Assembly (NCBI GenBank): GCA_028867755.1
Contig: JAGWFT010000001.1
Span: 1,172,149 to 1,236,148, forward strand
Length of the DNA: 64,000 nt
From: Nitrososphaerota archaeon
GTDB lineage: Archaea; Thermoproteota; Nitrososphaeria; Nitrososphaerales; Nitrosopumilaceae
Direction: 5' to 3'
Positions 19,250 through 29,339 of this stretch are shown in pieces (position 1 is the stretch's first letter; each line of letters starts with the position of its first letter). The notes under the pieces are model-generated. The model made no database searches and was not told where the DNA came from. It saw nothing but the letters and a program-made list of their open reading frames with translations. The position numbers were made by a program, and so were the translations under genes.

Positions 19250-19764
19250 TGAGAGTCATCCATTTCGTCCAACATCTCGTAATCCTGCCGTACTGTATTC
19301 CAAAATATCTCTACATCTTCAGGAGAATCAGTGACATTTGGAATTCTACATATTAAAAGCGGAATCGTTACATTTTTTGAATTTCCATACTGGTTTTGAG
19401 TTAGTCTACTTTTTCCAGTCTTGACCTCTACCCATTTGAAATCCTCTGCTTTTACATCATCAAGAATTCTCGGATTATCACTCTCATATGCCTTGCAAGC
19501 AAGAAAATCATAAACAAATGAGGGATTTGCTTCACTGTTGTTTGATGGTACTGCCAAACTTTGGATTTCATTTCTTAGTTCCGAAGGAATTTTTACCATT
19601 ATTCTTTCAAATCCAAACTTGAATTCCAATCTGTCATTTTGAATCTTATTTTTGTAAATTTGTTCTAAAGATGTGTATGCCCATCCACGTTGTGCACAAT
19701 ATTCTTTGTAATAGCATTCGCCAAGAGATCCTTTCAATTCATTTGTGATCTCAACTTTACCCAT
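19243..19764 (-). CDS. PD-(D/E)XK nuclease-fold protein
   Basis: GSLGE helix, YDFL, WVEVKTG, SRLTQNQ pattern of restriction-endonuclease-like domains. Confidence 0.7.
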   Translation of the reverse strand: MGKVEITNELKGSLGECYYKEYCAQRGWAYTSLEQIYKNKIQNDRLEFKFGFERIMVKIPSELRNEIQSLAVPSNNSEANPSFVYDFLACKAYESDNPRILDDVKAEDFKWVEVKTGKSRLTQNQYGNSKNVTIPLLICRIPNVTDSPEDVEIFWNTVRQDYEMLDEMDDSQW

Positions 19765-19843
19765 TGTAAAGTAGCAGAACTTCTAAACCATAACCTTTAC
19801 GACAACAGCATGTTTCTACGAGTAAAAAGGGGGTAAACCATTT

Positions 19844-22036
19844 TTACTCTTTATCCACAAACTCGTCTGCTGTCGGAGGCTCTGGGCTCAGACCCTTTCT
19901 CTTGCGAAGATCACCTATTATAGTAGGCAAGATAGAGTTTGGAACTGGCGTCCAAGCTTTAAAGTGCGTGTTCCACATTGCTTTTCCGGCAGTCTGTCCA
20001 CGCATTATCTCTGACAAGTCAAATGTCTCAGATGCAGGAATCTCTCCTGTTATAATATTTACAACACCTTTTTGCTCCATGTTTAACACTTTTCCTCTCT
20101 TTCCTGATATCACACCTGCAACGTTGCCGATTAGTTCCTGTGGTATTCTAACCTCGATTCCAAGTGTTGGCTCTAGCAGTACAGGCTGGGCAAGCAACAT
20201 GGACCCCATGCATGCACGTCTTGATGCAGGACCTAGTTGTGAAAGACCCCTGTGTGCCGGGTCCTCGTGAGGAACAAAATGGTGGAATGTAAACTTGCAT
20301 CCTCTTACCTGTTCTCTTGTCAAAGGTCCTTCCTTCATGGTATCATCAAATCCTGACAGTATGGAATCAGTTGATTCCTGAACAAACTGGACACCTTTTG
20401 TGCCATCAACCATAACATTTCCTCTAGTATCAAATCTCATTACACGCTTGGCATCATCTCCATCCCAGCCAGCATCTTTCAATATTTTCTGTACTTCCTT
20501 TTTGTCCTTGTACTCGTTTAGTGTTCCGTTTCGTATCATCTCGGCAACTTTCTCGTCGAGCGGTTCGACTTTCATGAATATCTTGTTGTGTCTGTTTGGT
20601 GACTTGGCCATGATGGGTCCTGCAGATCCTCGAATTGTCTCTCTGTAATTGATCAAGGGCTGCGAAGTAACGATATCCACCTTGGCATCAGCAATCAGTG
20701 CAGTTGCAATCTCAAGGTGAAGCACACCCATGCCAGCAATCACAGTCTCTCCGCTTTCCTCGTTTATCTTTACTACCAAGTTGGGGTCTTCAATTGTAAT
20801 TCTGTTTAATGCCTCGACTAGTTTTGGCAAGTCTTTTGGATGCTTTGGCTCTACTGCAATTTGCACAACTGGTTCTGACACATACTGGATTCCCTCAAAT
20901 GTATGAACACCTGGCACTGTAGATATTGTCTGGCCTGCTCTTGCATGTTCCAGTCCGAGAAGCGCTGGAATGTTTCCCGCTGCAAGCTCGCCCACCATCT
21001 CTCTTTGGTTGCCCATGAAAAAGTTGACAGACTGGATTCTTCCTTCTCGCTTTGTATCAATGATATGAATTCTATCACCGTCTTTTATTCTTCCAGAAAA
21101 TAATCTTCCTATTGCAACAGGACCTGCAGCTGGGTCAACTGTCATGTTTACAATCATCATTATAGCAGGACCATTATCGTCACAGTTTAGCAATGCCTTT
21201 CCGATATCAGATTCAAGGTCGCCTTTCCATATTTTTGGAATTCTGTACTTTTGTGCAACATCAGGCGGAGGATGGTGCTTTACTACCATTCCAAGAACTG
21301 CGTCATATAGTGGAGCCTTTTCTGCAAGGGCCTTGATATCGCCCCCTTCAGAATATGCAGTATAGATGTCTTTGAATGATATTCCTTTCTTTTTCATTAC
21401 ATCTGCATTAAATCCCCACTTGTCCTTTGCAGAACCAAATGAGACACTGCCATCCTGAATGCTTACCTTCCACTTGTCCTTGTATTCGGGCTCTGCATAA
21501 ATCTCAATTAATCTATTAAAGTTGGTAATAATCTCAAGTAGCCATTCTTGCATCTTTTCTGGAGGCAGTCTTAGCTCCTTTATGAGACGGTCAATCTTGT
21601 TGATATAAAGTACTGGTCTGACCCTCTCCTCTAGTGCTTGACGAGTTACTGTTTCTGTCTGTGTCATGATGCCTTCTACGGAATCTGATACCACAACTGC
21701 ACCATCGATTGCCCTAAGGCTTCTAGTTACACGACCTGTAAAGTCAATGTGTCCTGGAGTATCAATCATGTTAATGACATATTCTTGATTATCTTTTTCA
21801 TAAAGTAAAGTAACATTTGCCTGAACAATTGTCATCTGTCTGTCTTGCTCTAGTTTCATAGAATCAAGTGCAAGGGCTTGGCCTGCCACAGATGGGCTGA
21901 TGATACCGCTTGATGCAAGAAGACTGTCACTCATGGTGGTCTTGCCGTGATCTACGTGAGCTATCACACCAAAATTTCTGATAAGTTTCTTATCTCCAAT
22001 AATTTTGAGAATCTGGTCAGTCGCCTTGAATTTCAT
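19844..22036 (-). CDS. fusA: Translation elongation factor EF-2
   Basis: AHVDHGKTT, DTPGH, NKID GTPase motifs; diphthamide loop HEDPAHRG; 730 aa. Confidence 0.98.
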   Translation of the reverse strand: MKFKATDQILKIIGDKKLIRNFGVIAHVDHGKTTMSDSLLASSGIISPSVAGQALALDSMKLEQDRQMTIVQANVTLLYEKDNQEYVINMIDTPGHIDFTGRVTRSLRAIDGAVVVSDSVEGIMTQTETVTRQALEERVRPVLYINKIDRLIKELRLPPEKMQEWLLEIITNFNRLIEIYAEPEYKDKWKVSIQDGSVSFGSAKDKWGFNADVMKKKGISFKDIYTAYSEGGDIKALAEKAPLYDAVLGMVVKHHPPPDVAQKYRIPKIWKGDLESDIGKALLNCDDNGPAIMMIVNMTVDPAAGPVAIGRLFSGRIKDGDRIHIIDTKREGRIQSVNFFMGNQREMVGELAAGNIPALLGLEHARAGQTISTVPGVHTFEGIQYVSEPVVQIAVEPKHPKDLPKLVEALNRITIEDPNLVVKINEESGETVIAGMGVLHLEIATALIADAKVDIVTSQPLINYRETIRGSAGPIMAKSPNRHNKIFMKVEPLDEKVAEMIRNGTLNEYKDKKEVQKILKDAGWDGDDAKRVMRFDTRGNVMVDGTKGVQFVQESTDSILSGFDDTMKEGPLTREQVRGCKFTFHHFVPHEDPAHRGLSQLGPASRRACMGSMLLAQPVLLEPTLGIEVRIPQELIGNVAGVISGKRGKVLNMEQKGVVNIITGEIPASETFDLSEIMRGQTAGKAMWNTHFKAWTPVPNSILPTIIGDLRKRKGLSPEPPTADEFVDKE

Positions 22037-22312
22037 GTTTTAGCTAAATCCTTTTCTAGCCGCTATTAAACGTTAAGAATTACACAATTCATCAATAGAT
22101 CATAGAAGAACTGATGTTTCAGTCTTTTTTCTTCAATAAAGAAACAATCTTTCTTGCATTTCTTCTTTGTATGTAATGATGTCAACCCAAAACAAAAAAC
22201 AAAACTTGTTACTGAGGATTTTTTAGTTTTAGGGCTTGCATTGTTTCTTTTTCAAATGCAGAGACAGAACACATGACTTGGATATTTATAATAGGGCCAA
22301 AAATCCTACCTT

Positions 22313-23134
22313 ATGGAAATAACAATTGGCCATACTCCAGATTCTGATGATGCATTCATGTTTTATGCAATGCTTACTGACAAGGTCACATCTCCACACT
22401 TTACAGTCAAACATGTCGTAGAAGATATCGAGACTTTGAACAAGCGAGCCCTAAACCACGAGCTTGATGTCACAGCAGTTTCCGCACATGCTTGCGCATA
22501 CCTCAAAGAATACACCATATTACGAAGTGGGGGAAGTTTTGGCAAGGGTTATGGCCCAATAGTAATTTCAAAGCAAGACATTTCACCTGATAAGTTACGT
22601 CACTCCAAGATAGCAATTCCTGGAAAGATGACATCTGCATTTCTTTTGTTACAGTTGATGATTGGCAAGTTTGATTACGTTGAGATGAAATTCAGTGACA
22701 TACCAGACGCTGTTTTAAGAGGCGATGTAGATGCAGGGCTTGTCATACATGAGACCCAGATAACGTATGAGCAAAACAAGCTTGTAAAAATAATGGATGC
22801 AGGCGAGTGGTGGCGAAATAGCACAGGAGGTCTTCCAGTTCCGCTTGGGGTAAATGTAATGAGCAATCATTTTGGTCCTGACATGATAAAAAAATTTGAT
22901 GCATTTTTCAAAGAGTCAATTGTTTATGGAATGGCGCGCGTTAGTGATGCACTAGATTATGCAATGCAGTACAGCCGAGGACAGCCAAGAGACCTTATTG
23001 AAAGATTTGTCCGCATGTATGTCAATGATATCACAATTGAGATGGGAATACTAGGCGAGCATGCAACACGAAGTCTATTTCAACTCGGAATAGAAAAAGG
23101 GCTCATTCCGGAATTTGATCTAAGATTTGCATAA
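22313..23134 (+). CDS. mqnD: 1,4-dihydroxy-6-naphthoate synthase (futalosine pathway)
   Basis: GHTPDSDDAFMFYA, GGSFGKGYGP, GLVIHE, LPVPLG motifs. Confidence 0.88.
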   Translation: MEITIGHTPDSDDAFMFYAMLTDKVTSPHFTVKHVVEDIETLNKRALNHELDVTAVSAHACAYLKEYTILRSGGSFGKGYGPIVISKQDISPDKLRHSKIAIPGKMTSAFLLLQLMIGKFDYVEMKFSDIPDAVLRGDVDAGLVIHETQITYEQNKLVKIMDAGEWWRNSTGGLPVPLGVNVMSNHFGPDMIKKFDAFFKESIVYGMARVSDALDYAMQYSRGQPRDLIERFVRMYVNDITIEMGILGEHATRSLFQLGIEKGLIPEFDLRFA

Positions 23135-23191
23135 GACAAAATTGATCATTAATGGTTAATTAGGAGATACACACTAGTTACAAATACAGCG

Positions 23192-23470
23192 ATGGACAAG
23201 CGAATACTTCTTCTTGGCATTGCAATGCTTGCAGCAGGTGGATTGTCATGGTTTTACTTTAACAGCGTCATACCTATGAGTACACCTAACATGACAGAAG
23301 AGGAGACGAATGCTTTCTATCAAGCCCAAGCAGTAAACATTGGACTGACAAACATTTCTGAGATGGTAGCAGGGCTTGGATTTTTCATAACACTTATCAG
23401 CTTTGGCTTGAGGCGCAGGAAAAAGGGCGGGGTTGGAAAACCAGTTACACAAAAACCTGCAGAGGTCTAG
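23192..23470 (+). CDS. Small two-TM membrane protein
   Basis: Two TM helices and an RRRKK tail. Confidence 0.75.
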   Translation: MDKRILLLGIAMLAAGGLSWFYFNSVIPMSTPNMTEEETNAFYQAQAVNIGLTNISEMVAGLGFFITLISFGLRRRKKGGVGKPVTQKPAEV

Positions 23471-24609
23471 AATTTTTTCAATATATTGAAGAGTGTGTCT
23501 CGTTGTGCCGCGTCTCTTCCAATTTCCTTTATCATGTTTGCAAGCTCTAAGATAGAAGAGTTGGTTCCCTTGCCAGCTGCACGGTATATCTCTTCAGAAA
23601 ATGCAGTGCCTACCAAGTCACTTCCACCATAAGTTAGTGCCACCTGAGCCAGTTTCTTTCCCAGTGCAACCCAGTAGACAGATATGTTGTCTAGTTGCTG
23701 CGCCAACATTAGCCTTGAGACAGCAATGACTCTAAGATCATATGTTGACGGGCTCTCAGATTTTACAAGACCTTCTTTTTCAAGTTCCGTGTTTTCTAGA
23801 CTAAATTTGAGAGGAATTAGAGTTATGAAGCCGCTCGTTCTTTTTTGGACCTCTCTTAATTTTACCAAATGATCTATAATATGTTCTGGTTTTTCAATGT
23901 GGCCAAAAAGCATGGTAGCGTTGCTCTTTATCCCTAAATTGTGCGCCTGCTCAATTGTATCAAGCCACTCTTGTCCAGAACATTTTCCTCTTACTATCTT
24001 ATTTCGAATTTCTGGATGAAACAGCTCTGCACCACCACCAGGCATAGTATCAAGCCCAGATGCCTTGAATCTTTCAAGTATTTCTTTTACAGAATTTTTT
24101 GTCAGTTTTGATAAAAAGAATATCTCTGCAGCAGTTAGAGCCTTTATGTTCATTTCAGGATGACTCTTTTTTATTGTCCTGAACATTTCTTCATAATATT
24201 CTAAAGGCAGTTCAGGATGAAAACCACCAACAATGTGCACCTCTGTTGCGCCCATCTCTTTTGCCTTGCCAACTCTAGCCTCGATGTCTTGCGGCGTTAG
24301 CGTATAAGCATCGCTTTCATTTCCTTTTCTATAAAATGCGCACATCTGACAGCTTGCAGCACAAACATTTGTGTAATTCAGATAATAAGATGCAGTAAAA
24401 GTTACAGTCTTTCCTTTTTGCTTCTGTCGTACCAAGTCGGCTGCAGCACCCAACATGTAAAGATTATCGTAAGACATTAGCTCAAGGCCATCATCATACG
24501 AGAGTTCCTCTCCAGAGATGGCTTTTTCAAGCGCTTTTGAATCCCTGACTAGTTTTTCTAACACGTCTTTTGTTGATTTTGATATCAATATAAAAGTAAA
24601 CAGAGCCAT
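23467..24609 (-). CDS. mqnE: CofH/MqnE-family radical SAM enzyme, most likely aminofutalosine synthase
   Basis: NYTNVCAASCQMCAF (CxxxCxxC), HIVGGFHP, MPGGGAELF, FIPLKF-like, VYWVALGKKLAQVAL; close to mqnD. Confidence 0.78.
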   Translation of the reverse strand: MALFTFILISKSTKDVLEKLVRDSKALEKAISGEELSYDDGLELMSYDNLYMLGAAADLVRQKQKGKTVTFTASYYLNYTNVCAASCQMCAFYRKGNESDAYTLTPQDIEARVGKAKEMGATEVHIVGGFHPELPLEYYEEMFRTIKKSHPEMNIKALTAAEIFFLSKLTKNSVKEILERFKASGLDTMPGGGAELFHPEIRNKIVRGKCSGQEWLDTIEQAHNLGIKSNATMLFGHIEKPEHIIDHLVKLREVQKRTSGFITLIPLKFSLENTELEKEGLVKSESPSTYDLRVIAVSRLMLAQQLDNISVYWVALGKKLAQVALTYGGSDLVGTAFSEEIYRAAGKGTNSSILELANMIKEIGRDAAQRDTLFNILKKF

Positions 24610-24631
24610 ACCCTTTCGCTAGCTTATTCTA

Positions 24632-25051
24632 TTGCTCGTACTTGAGAAGATCATGAAATTGCACCACATTGGTGTTGTAGTACCAAGCATACAAGCCTCC
24701 CTTGGAGAACTAAAAAGATACATGAACTTTCAAAGCATCAGTTTGCCTACACCTGTAGGAAGTAGAAAGGTAAACGTGTGTTTTTTAAAAATTGGAGAGC
24801 CATTTTTAGAACTAATAGAGCCTTCGTCACCTGATTCTTCCATAATGGACTTTGCCTCAAAGGGTGGAGGAATACATCACCTATGTTTTGAAGTAGATGA
24901 CATAGAAAAGGAACTAGACGACATGACAAGAAAAGGAGCGACCGTACTTGTAAAACCTGTAGAAGGTTTTGACAAGAGACGGATTGCCTTTGTTGACCTT
25001 AATATGAAAAACACAAAGTGTGGACTAGTCGAATTCTTAGAATCCAAATAG
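24632..25051 (+). CDS. mce: Methylmalonyl-CoA epimerase (VOC superfamily)
   Basis: HHIGVVV, LELIEP, GGGIHHLCFEVDDI, LVEFLE metal-ligand motifs. Confidence 0.8.
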   Translation: MLVLEKIMKLHHIGVVVPSIQASLGELKRYMNFQSISLPTPVGSRKVNVCFLKIGEPFLELIEPSSPDSSIMDFASKGGGIHHLCFEVDDIEKELDDMTRKGATVLVKPVEGFDKRRIAFVDLNMKNTKCGLVEFLESK

Positions 25052-25126
25052 AGTATGATACTAATCACACCAGTACTATAGAATTGCCATACCATTAAGT
25101 TAGACCCGTTTAAAAAATAGATTATC

Positions 25127-25543
25127 TTGGTAGATGCAGAAATACGCCAAAGTAAGTTTCACGACATATCTCATTTTGGACTAAGATTGGCAATAGGTGT
25201 GATCTTTATTGCAGCTGGCTTTGCTAAATTTGATCCTAGCTTTAATTCCTATCTACCACAGATGAGCCTTCCTACACAGCTGCAGTATCTTTTTGCCTTG
25301 GAGGAATTTATTCCCGGTATTTTGATAATCGTTGGGGTATTGACAAGAATTTCTGCATCAGTTCTCTCACTTGTGATGCTTGGCGTAATATTTTACATCG
25401 ACAAGGCATCACAATTCATAGGTCCAAATGGTGCCGAGCTTCCAGTAATACTTCTTGCAGCTTCGCTAGTAATAATAACAATTGGTCCTGGAAGAATCTC
25501 CATATCACATCTAGTCAAAAAAATTCCACGGTTTCTACAGTAA
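25127..25543 (+). CDS. DoxX family membrane protein
   Basis: LRLAIGVIFIAAGFAKF, EFIPGILIIVG, GAELP, GPGRIS motifs. Confidence 0.88.
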   Translation: MVDAEIRQSKFHDISHFGLRLAIGVIFIAAGFAKFDPSFNSYLPQMSLPTQLQYLFALEEFIPGILIIVGVLTRISASVLSLVMLGVIFYIDKASQFIGPNGAELPVILLAASLVIITIGPGRISISHLVKKIPRFLQ

Positions 25544-25611
25544 GCTACAAAAAATCTGGTTGTTCATCTTTCATGGGTGAAAAATACAGGATAGTATAAT
25601 TTTAGTTCGAT

Positions 25612-27024
25612 TTAGAATCGTGGCGTAAATCTTAGCTTGTTCTTTGCCGATATTGCAATTATCGATATGATAGAGATTACAAGAATGATTGGTGCAATAG
25701 AGCCAAACTCTGGAACAAACGTAGTGCTTTTTACAAACATGATATCGTTACTTCCGGGATTGGCCTGCTGCCATGCTAAGTATACTGTATTTGACGATGT
25801 GGCCATTATGTTATACCACGAGCCAGATGTGCCACTGTTCACATCAATGGGAGCTTCAAAGGTATTTCCATCGTCTGCACTTTTAGATATGTAAATATCA
25901 TAATGACCTGCAGTGTTGTCTACCCAGCTTGTGTACACATTATTGCCATCCACAGATATTTGTGGCCAGCCAGACGCGCCGGGATTGCTACTTATGTTAA
26001 TTGGAGTTCCAAACGTTTGTCCTCCATCAGTGCTTTTTGCAAAAAGAATATCATAGTTTTTGTCTGATATAGCACTAGTCCATGCTACGTAAATCTTGTC
26101 TCCTACAACAACAAATTGTTGATATCCTGAATCTTGCTGGTTTCCGCTCACATTAACTGGTTTTGTAAATGTTACCCCTCCGTCAGTACTCTTTGAAAAT
26201 AAGATGTCAAAGTTTCCAAAAGTATTATCCATCCAAACTACGTTGACGTTATTTCCATTTATCGTCATTTGTGGAGCCCCAGAATCTCCTTTATCATTAC
26301 TAACATTTGTCATAGTACCAAAGGTAGTTCCAGAATCGTTACTACTACTTAGAAACACATCAAAATTCTTTTCACTGTTATCTTCCCATATCAAGTAGAC
26401 ATGGTTTTCAGTAGCAAAGATTTTTGGAATTCCAGAATTACCGCCATGACTAGTTATGGTAGTTGGCATTCCAAACGTAGCACCGTCATCATCACTTTTT
26501 GCAAAAATTACGTTAGTAACGTCGCCTGTGGTTCTTTCTATCCATGTAACATAAACATGGTTATTAGATATTGCAAGTTGTGGAAAAGCCGAGTCTTTAG
26601 AAATGTCGCTGATTCCAATTGCACGGTTAAAAGTTGCTCCATCATCATCGCTTTTTGCAAATACAACACTTGATTTGTTTGCTAGAAAAGATTGCCAGAC
26701 TGCATATACTTTGCCTTGAGACTCTGCAATTCTTAGATTATCCATAGCCCCAGAGTTTATGTTTTCTAGGTTGATGTTGTTTCCAAAGGAAGCACCGCCG
26801 TCATTGCTTTTTGCAAGCATCACACCGTATTTTCCGGCCGCATCATACACCCATCCAACATACACGTTGTTTCCTGAAGCTACCAGTTGAGGCAACGTGG
26901 AATTGCTGTTAGGAGAGCTGATACTTGCAGGGTTTGTAAATCCAGTAGGATTAGAATCTGCAAAAGCATGAGATACTGATACAGCAAAAACTGAGATCAA
27001 AAGAACATAGAGAAGTTTTTTCAT
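25612..27024 (-). CDS. Surface sialidase-like (Asp-box/BNR repeat) beta-propeller with PEFG-CTERM anchor
   Basis: Signal peptide, six SxDxGxTF repeats, C-terminal VPEFG plus TM plus basic tail. Confidence 0.9.
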   Translation of the reverse strand: MKKLLYVLLISVFAVSVSHAFADSNPTGFTNPASISSPNSNSTLPQLVASGNNVYVGWVYDAAGKYGVMLAKSNDGGASFGNNINLENINSGAMDNLRIAESQGKVYAVWQSFLANKSSVVFAKSDDDGATFNRAIGISDISKDSAFPQLAISNNHVYVTWIERTTGDVTNVIFAKSDDDGATFGMPTTITSHGGNSGIPKIFATENHVYLIWEDNSEKNFDVFLSSSNDSGTTFGTMTNVSNDKGDSGAPQMTINGNNVNVVWMDNTFGNFDILFSKSTDGGVTFTKPVNVSGNQQDSGYQQFVVVGDKIYVAWTSAISDKNYDILFAKSTDGGQTFGTPINISSNPGASGWPQISVDGNNVYTSWVDNTAGHYDIYISKSADDGNTFEAPIDVNSGTSGSWYNIMATSSNTVYLAWQQANPGSNDIMFVKSTTFVPEFGSIAPIILVISIISIIAISAKNKLRFTPRF

Positions 27025-27072
27025 GCATAGAATCTTTGTTGTACATTATAAGATAGTTTGGCCTAGTGACAG

Positions 27073-27465
27073 TTACAGAATTGTTCCATCCACTATTAGG
27101 TTTAGTTCTATGCTAGTCTTTGTGTTTACAGTGTTTGCGATATGAGATACAAGGATGATATCCTTGTGTTCGCTGCCAAGTAACACACTTGTCTTAACTT
27201 TGACAGGTTTGAACTCGGTGCTTGGTCCCAACATGAGACTTGGTAGAAGAGATATTATGGATAGATCGTTAGTTGCAGCCCGTATCTTGTAAGCAGTGGT
27301 ATCAGTAAAGTATACTCCCCCTCTAGTGGTTGGTTTTCGTACAGGAATTTTTGACTTTACGATAGAAACATTCTGAAGATTGAAAATCTTTTCATCAATG
27401 TGTAAAGCACATTTTAGGTTAGGAATTTGCACTATCTGCTCCATTATTTCCTCGTTGACTTCCAC
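27073..27465 (-). CDS. Hypothetical protein
   Basis: 130-aa ORF; contains PTTRGGVYF. Confidence 0.65.
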   Translation of the reverse strand: MEVNEEIMEQIVQIPNLKCALHIDEKIFNLQNVSIVKSKIPVRKPTTRGGVYFTDTTAYKIRAATNDLSIISLLPSLMLGPSTEFKPVKVKTSVLLGSEHKDIILVSHIANTVNTKTSIELNLIVDGTIL

Positions 27466-27556
27466 AAAGCGTACATGCGTTATAACATGTAATAATCTTG
27501 CTTTTTGTGGGAATGTTAAGATAGTTTCAGGATTGCATTCTCATAGGTCATGACAC

Positions 27557-29065
27557 TTGAAAAATTATGAGATTGATGCAGCATGGCAATATCACGATGG
27601 AACAAAACATCCAAACGGAATACTTCTTAATAGAGCCCACTTGTACCATCCAACAAATAGACCTACACCATTCAAGTTTTACAGAGATGCTGTTCAGATC
27701 AAGATTGTACTTGATAAACAACAAAGCACAGTTTCTGCCCTTGATGCAATCTCAGACAAAATCAAAAAAGAAAAAACAAATTTTATTCCTGATATACATG
27801 TGCTCTCAAAGATACTTTTCTTCTCAGGAGGAATTACAAAAACTCTCAAATTTCCCACTCTAGGCGAGATAGAATTTCGAGCAGCATCATGTACAGGTGC
27901 ACTTTACCATATCGAGATCTACATCATATGCTCTGATATTCCAGGACTTGAGGCAGGAGTATACCATTTTGACCCACAAAATCTCACCCTTACAGTATTA
28001 AGAAAAGGTGATTATCGCAGAACTATCATAAATGCAACAGCAGGCGAGTCCTTTACGTCTAGCACACCTTTGATGTTGGTCTTCACTGACATATTTTCAA
28101 GAAACTCTGTCAAATATCAAGCAAGAGAATATCGTCATGCATTTTGGGATTGTGGGACAATTCTTTCAAATGCTCTTGCAATCTCAAATACACAGAAAAT
28201 TCCATACAAGTTGATACTTGGTTTTGTTGATTCAGAGATAAATTCATTTCTTGGTCTTGATACAAAAAAGGAAGCAGCGTTGGCTATTTTATCACTTGGT
28301 CATGCTGATAATGAAATTCCACAGCCGCCACCACTAGGCAAGATTGCAGAGCAAGTGTCATCAGAGTATGACAGAGAGTTTTCTGCCATCAATGACATGC
28401 AAGAATCATCGTCTCTGGAAAACTATCAAGAAGTTAGATCTTGGAGAAAAGAGATGGCCCTAGAAACACATCAAAAAAATCCAACATCGACTACTCTGGA
28501 AGAAGAAATTACAGTAGATGACAGCCTAGAATCTATCATTTTCAGGCGTGGATCCACACGTAAATTTTCCTGTGATTCAATATCGCTTGAACAATTATCA
28601 ACCATACTGAAAAGGTCCACAAATGGAATCATTGCAGACTTTGAAGAGAGTAAAAACATCAATGACATTTACTTGATTGCAAATGCCGTAGACGGACTAG
28701 AGCAGGGTTCATACTTTTACAACAAAGAGCACAGATCGTTAGAACTTTTAAAGAAAGGAGATTTCAGAGACGTGTCAGGACATTTGGGTCTTGACCAAAA
28801 TTTACCATATGATGCAGCTGTTGTGATATTTTTTATGACAAATCTTCAGAAAGTTTTAGAGTGTTTTGGTAATCGAGGGTACAGAGTGGCACAGATGGAT
28901 GCAAGCATAATGGGCGGAAAAATGTATCTTGCCGCTTATGCTCTTCACATCGGAGCTACTGGGCTTACGTTTTATGACGATGAGGTGACAGAGTTTTTCT
29001 TGCCTCACGCTAACAACAAAAACACCATGTTCATGATTGCCATAGGCAAAAAGATCAAGATATAG
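27557..29065 (+). CDS. SagB/ThcOx-family FMN-dependent dehydrogenase (tandem nitroreductase domains)
   Basis: RAASCTGALYHIEIY, GVYHFDP, YRHAFWDCG, RRGSTRKF, GYRVAQMDA; two domains. Confidence 0.85.
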   Translation: MKNYEIDAAWQYHDGTKHPNGILLNRAHLYHPTNRPTPFKFYRDAVQIKIVLDKQQSTVSALDAISDKIKKEKTNFIPDIHVLSKILFFSGGITKTLKFPTLGEIEFRAASCTGALYHIEIYIICSDIPGLEAGVYHFDPQNLTLTVLRKGDYRRTIINATAGESFTSSTPLMLVFTDIFSRNSVKYQAREYRHAFWDCGTILSNALAISNTQKIPYKLILGFVDSEINSFLGLDTKKEAALAILSLGHADNEIPQPPPLGKIAEQVSSEYDREFSAINDMQESSSLENYQEVRSWRKEMALETHQKNPTSTTLEEEITVDDSLESIIFRRGSTRKFSCDSISLEQLSTILKRSTNGIIADFEESKNINDIYLIANAVDGLEQGSYFYNKEHRSLELLKKGDFRDVSGHLGLDQNLPYDAAVVIFFMTNLQKVLECFGNRGYRVAQMDASIMGGKMYLAAYALHIGATGLTFYDDEVTEFFLPHANNKNTMFMIAIGKKIKI

Positions 29066-29135
29066 TCAAACATCGCAAGAGACCTCAAACCAATTCTCAA
29101 TCCTTATATCTCTACCATCAAATTCAACATGGGGT

Positions 29136-29339
29136 ATGCTAGTCAAGACAAGGTACGTGATACTTGCATTGCTTATTCTAATTCCATCATTTGTCAATCT
29201 TGGAGTTCCAATCTATAACAGAGAGTCACCAGAGTTTTTAGGAATGCCGTTTTTTTACTGGTTCCAAACTTTTTGGTTATTTGCATCAGCAGGTTTCTAC
29301 ATTGCTTTTGCACGCATAAGAGGAAAGCAAAATGATTAG
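29136..29339 (+). CDS. DUF3311 small membrane protein (symporter accessory subunit)
   Basis: YNRESPEFLGMPFFYWFQ motif; overlaps the symporter start. Confidence 0.85.
   Translation: MLVKTRYVILALLILIPSFVNLGVPIYNRESPEFLGMPFFYWFQTFWLFASAGFYIAFARIRGKQND

Noticed and set aside
22037-22312. Possible sRNA or small ORF between EF-2 and mqnD
   Set aside because: Only imperfect C/D-like words and A-tracts; no convincing ORF or stem.
25612-27024. Periodic repeats resembling a repeat array
   Set aside because: They are protein-level Asp-box repeats within a coding sequence, not CRISPR or a DNA repeat.
27557-29065. Thiazole/oxazole RiPP cluster implied by the SagB-type dehydrogenase
   Set aside because: No YcaO cyclodehydratase, E1-like protein or Cys/Ser/Thr-rich precursor nearby.
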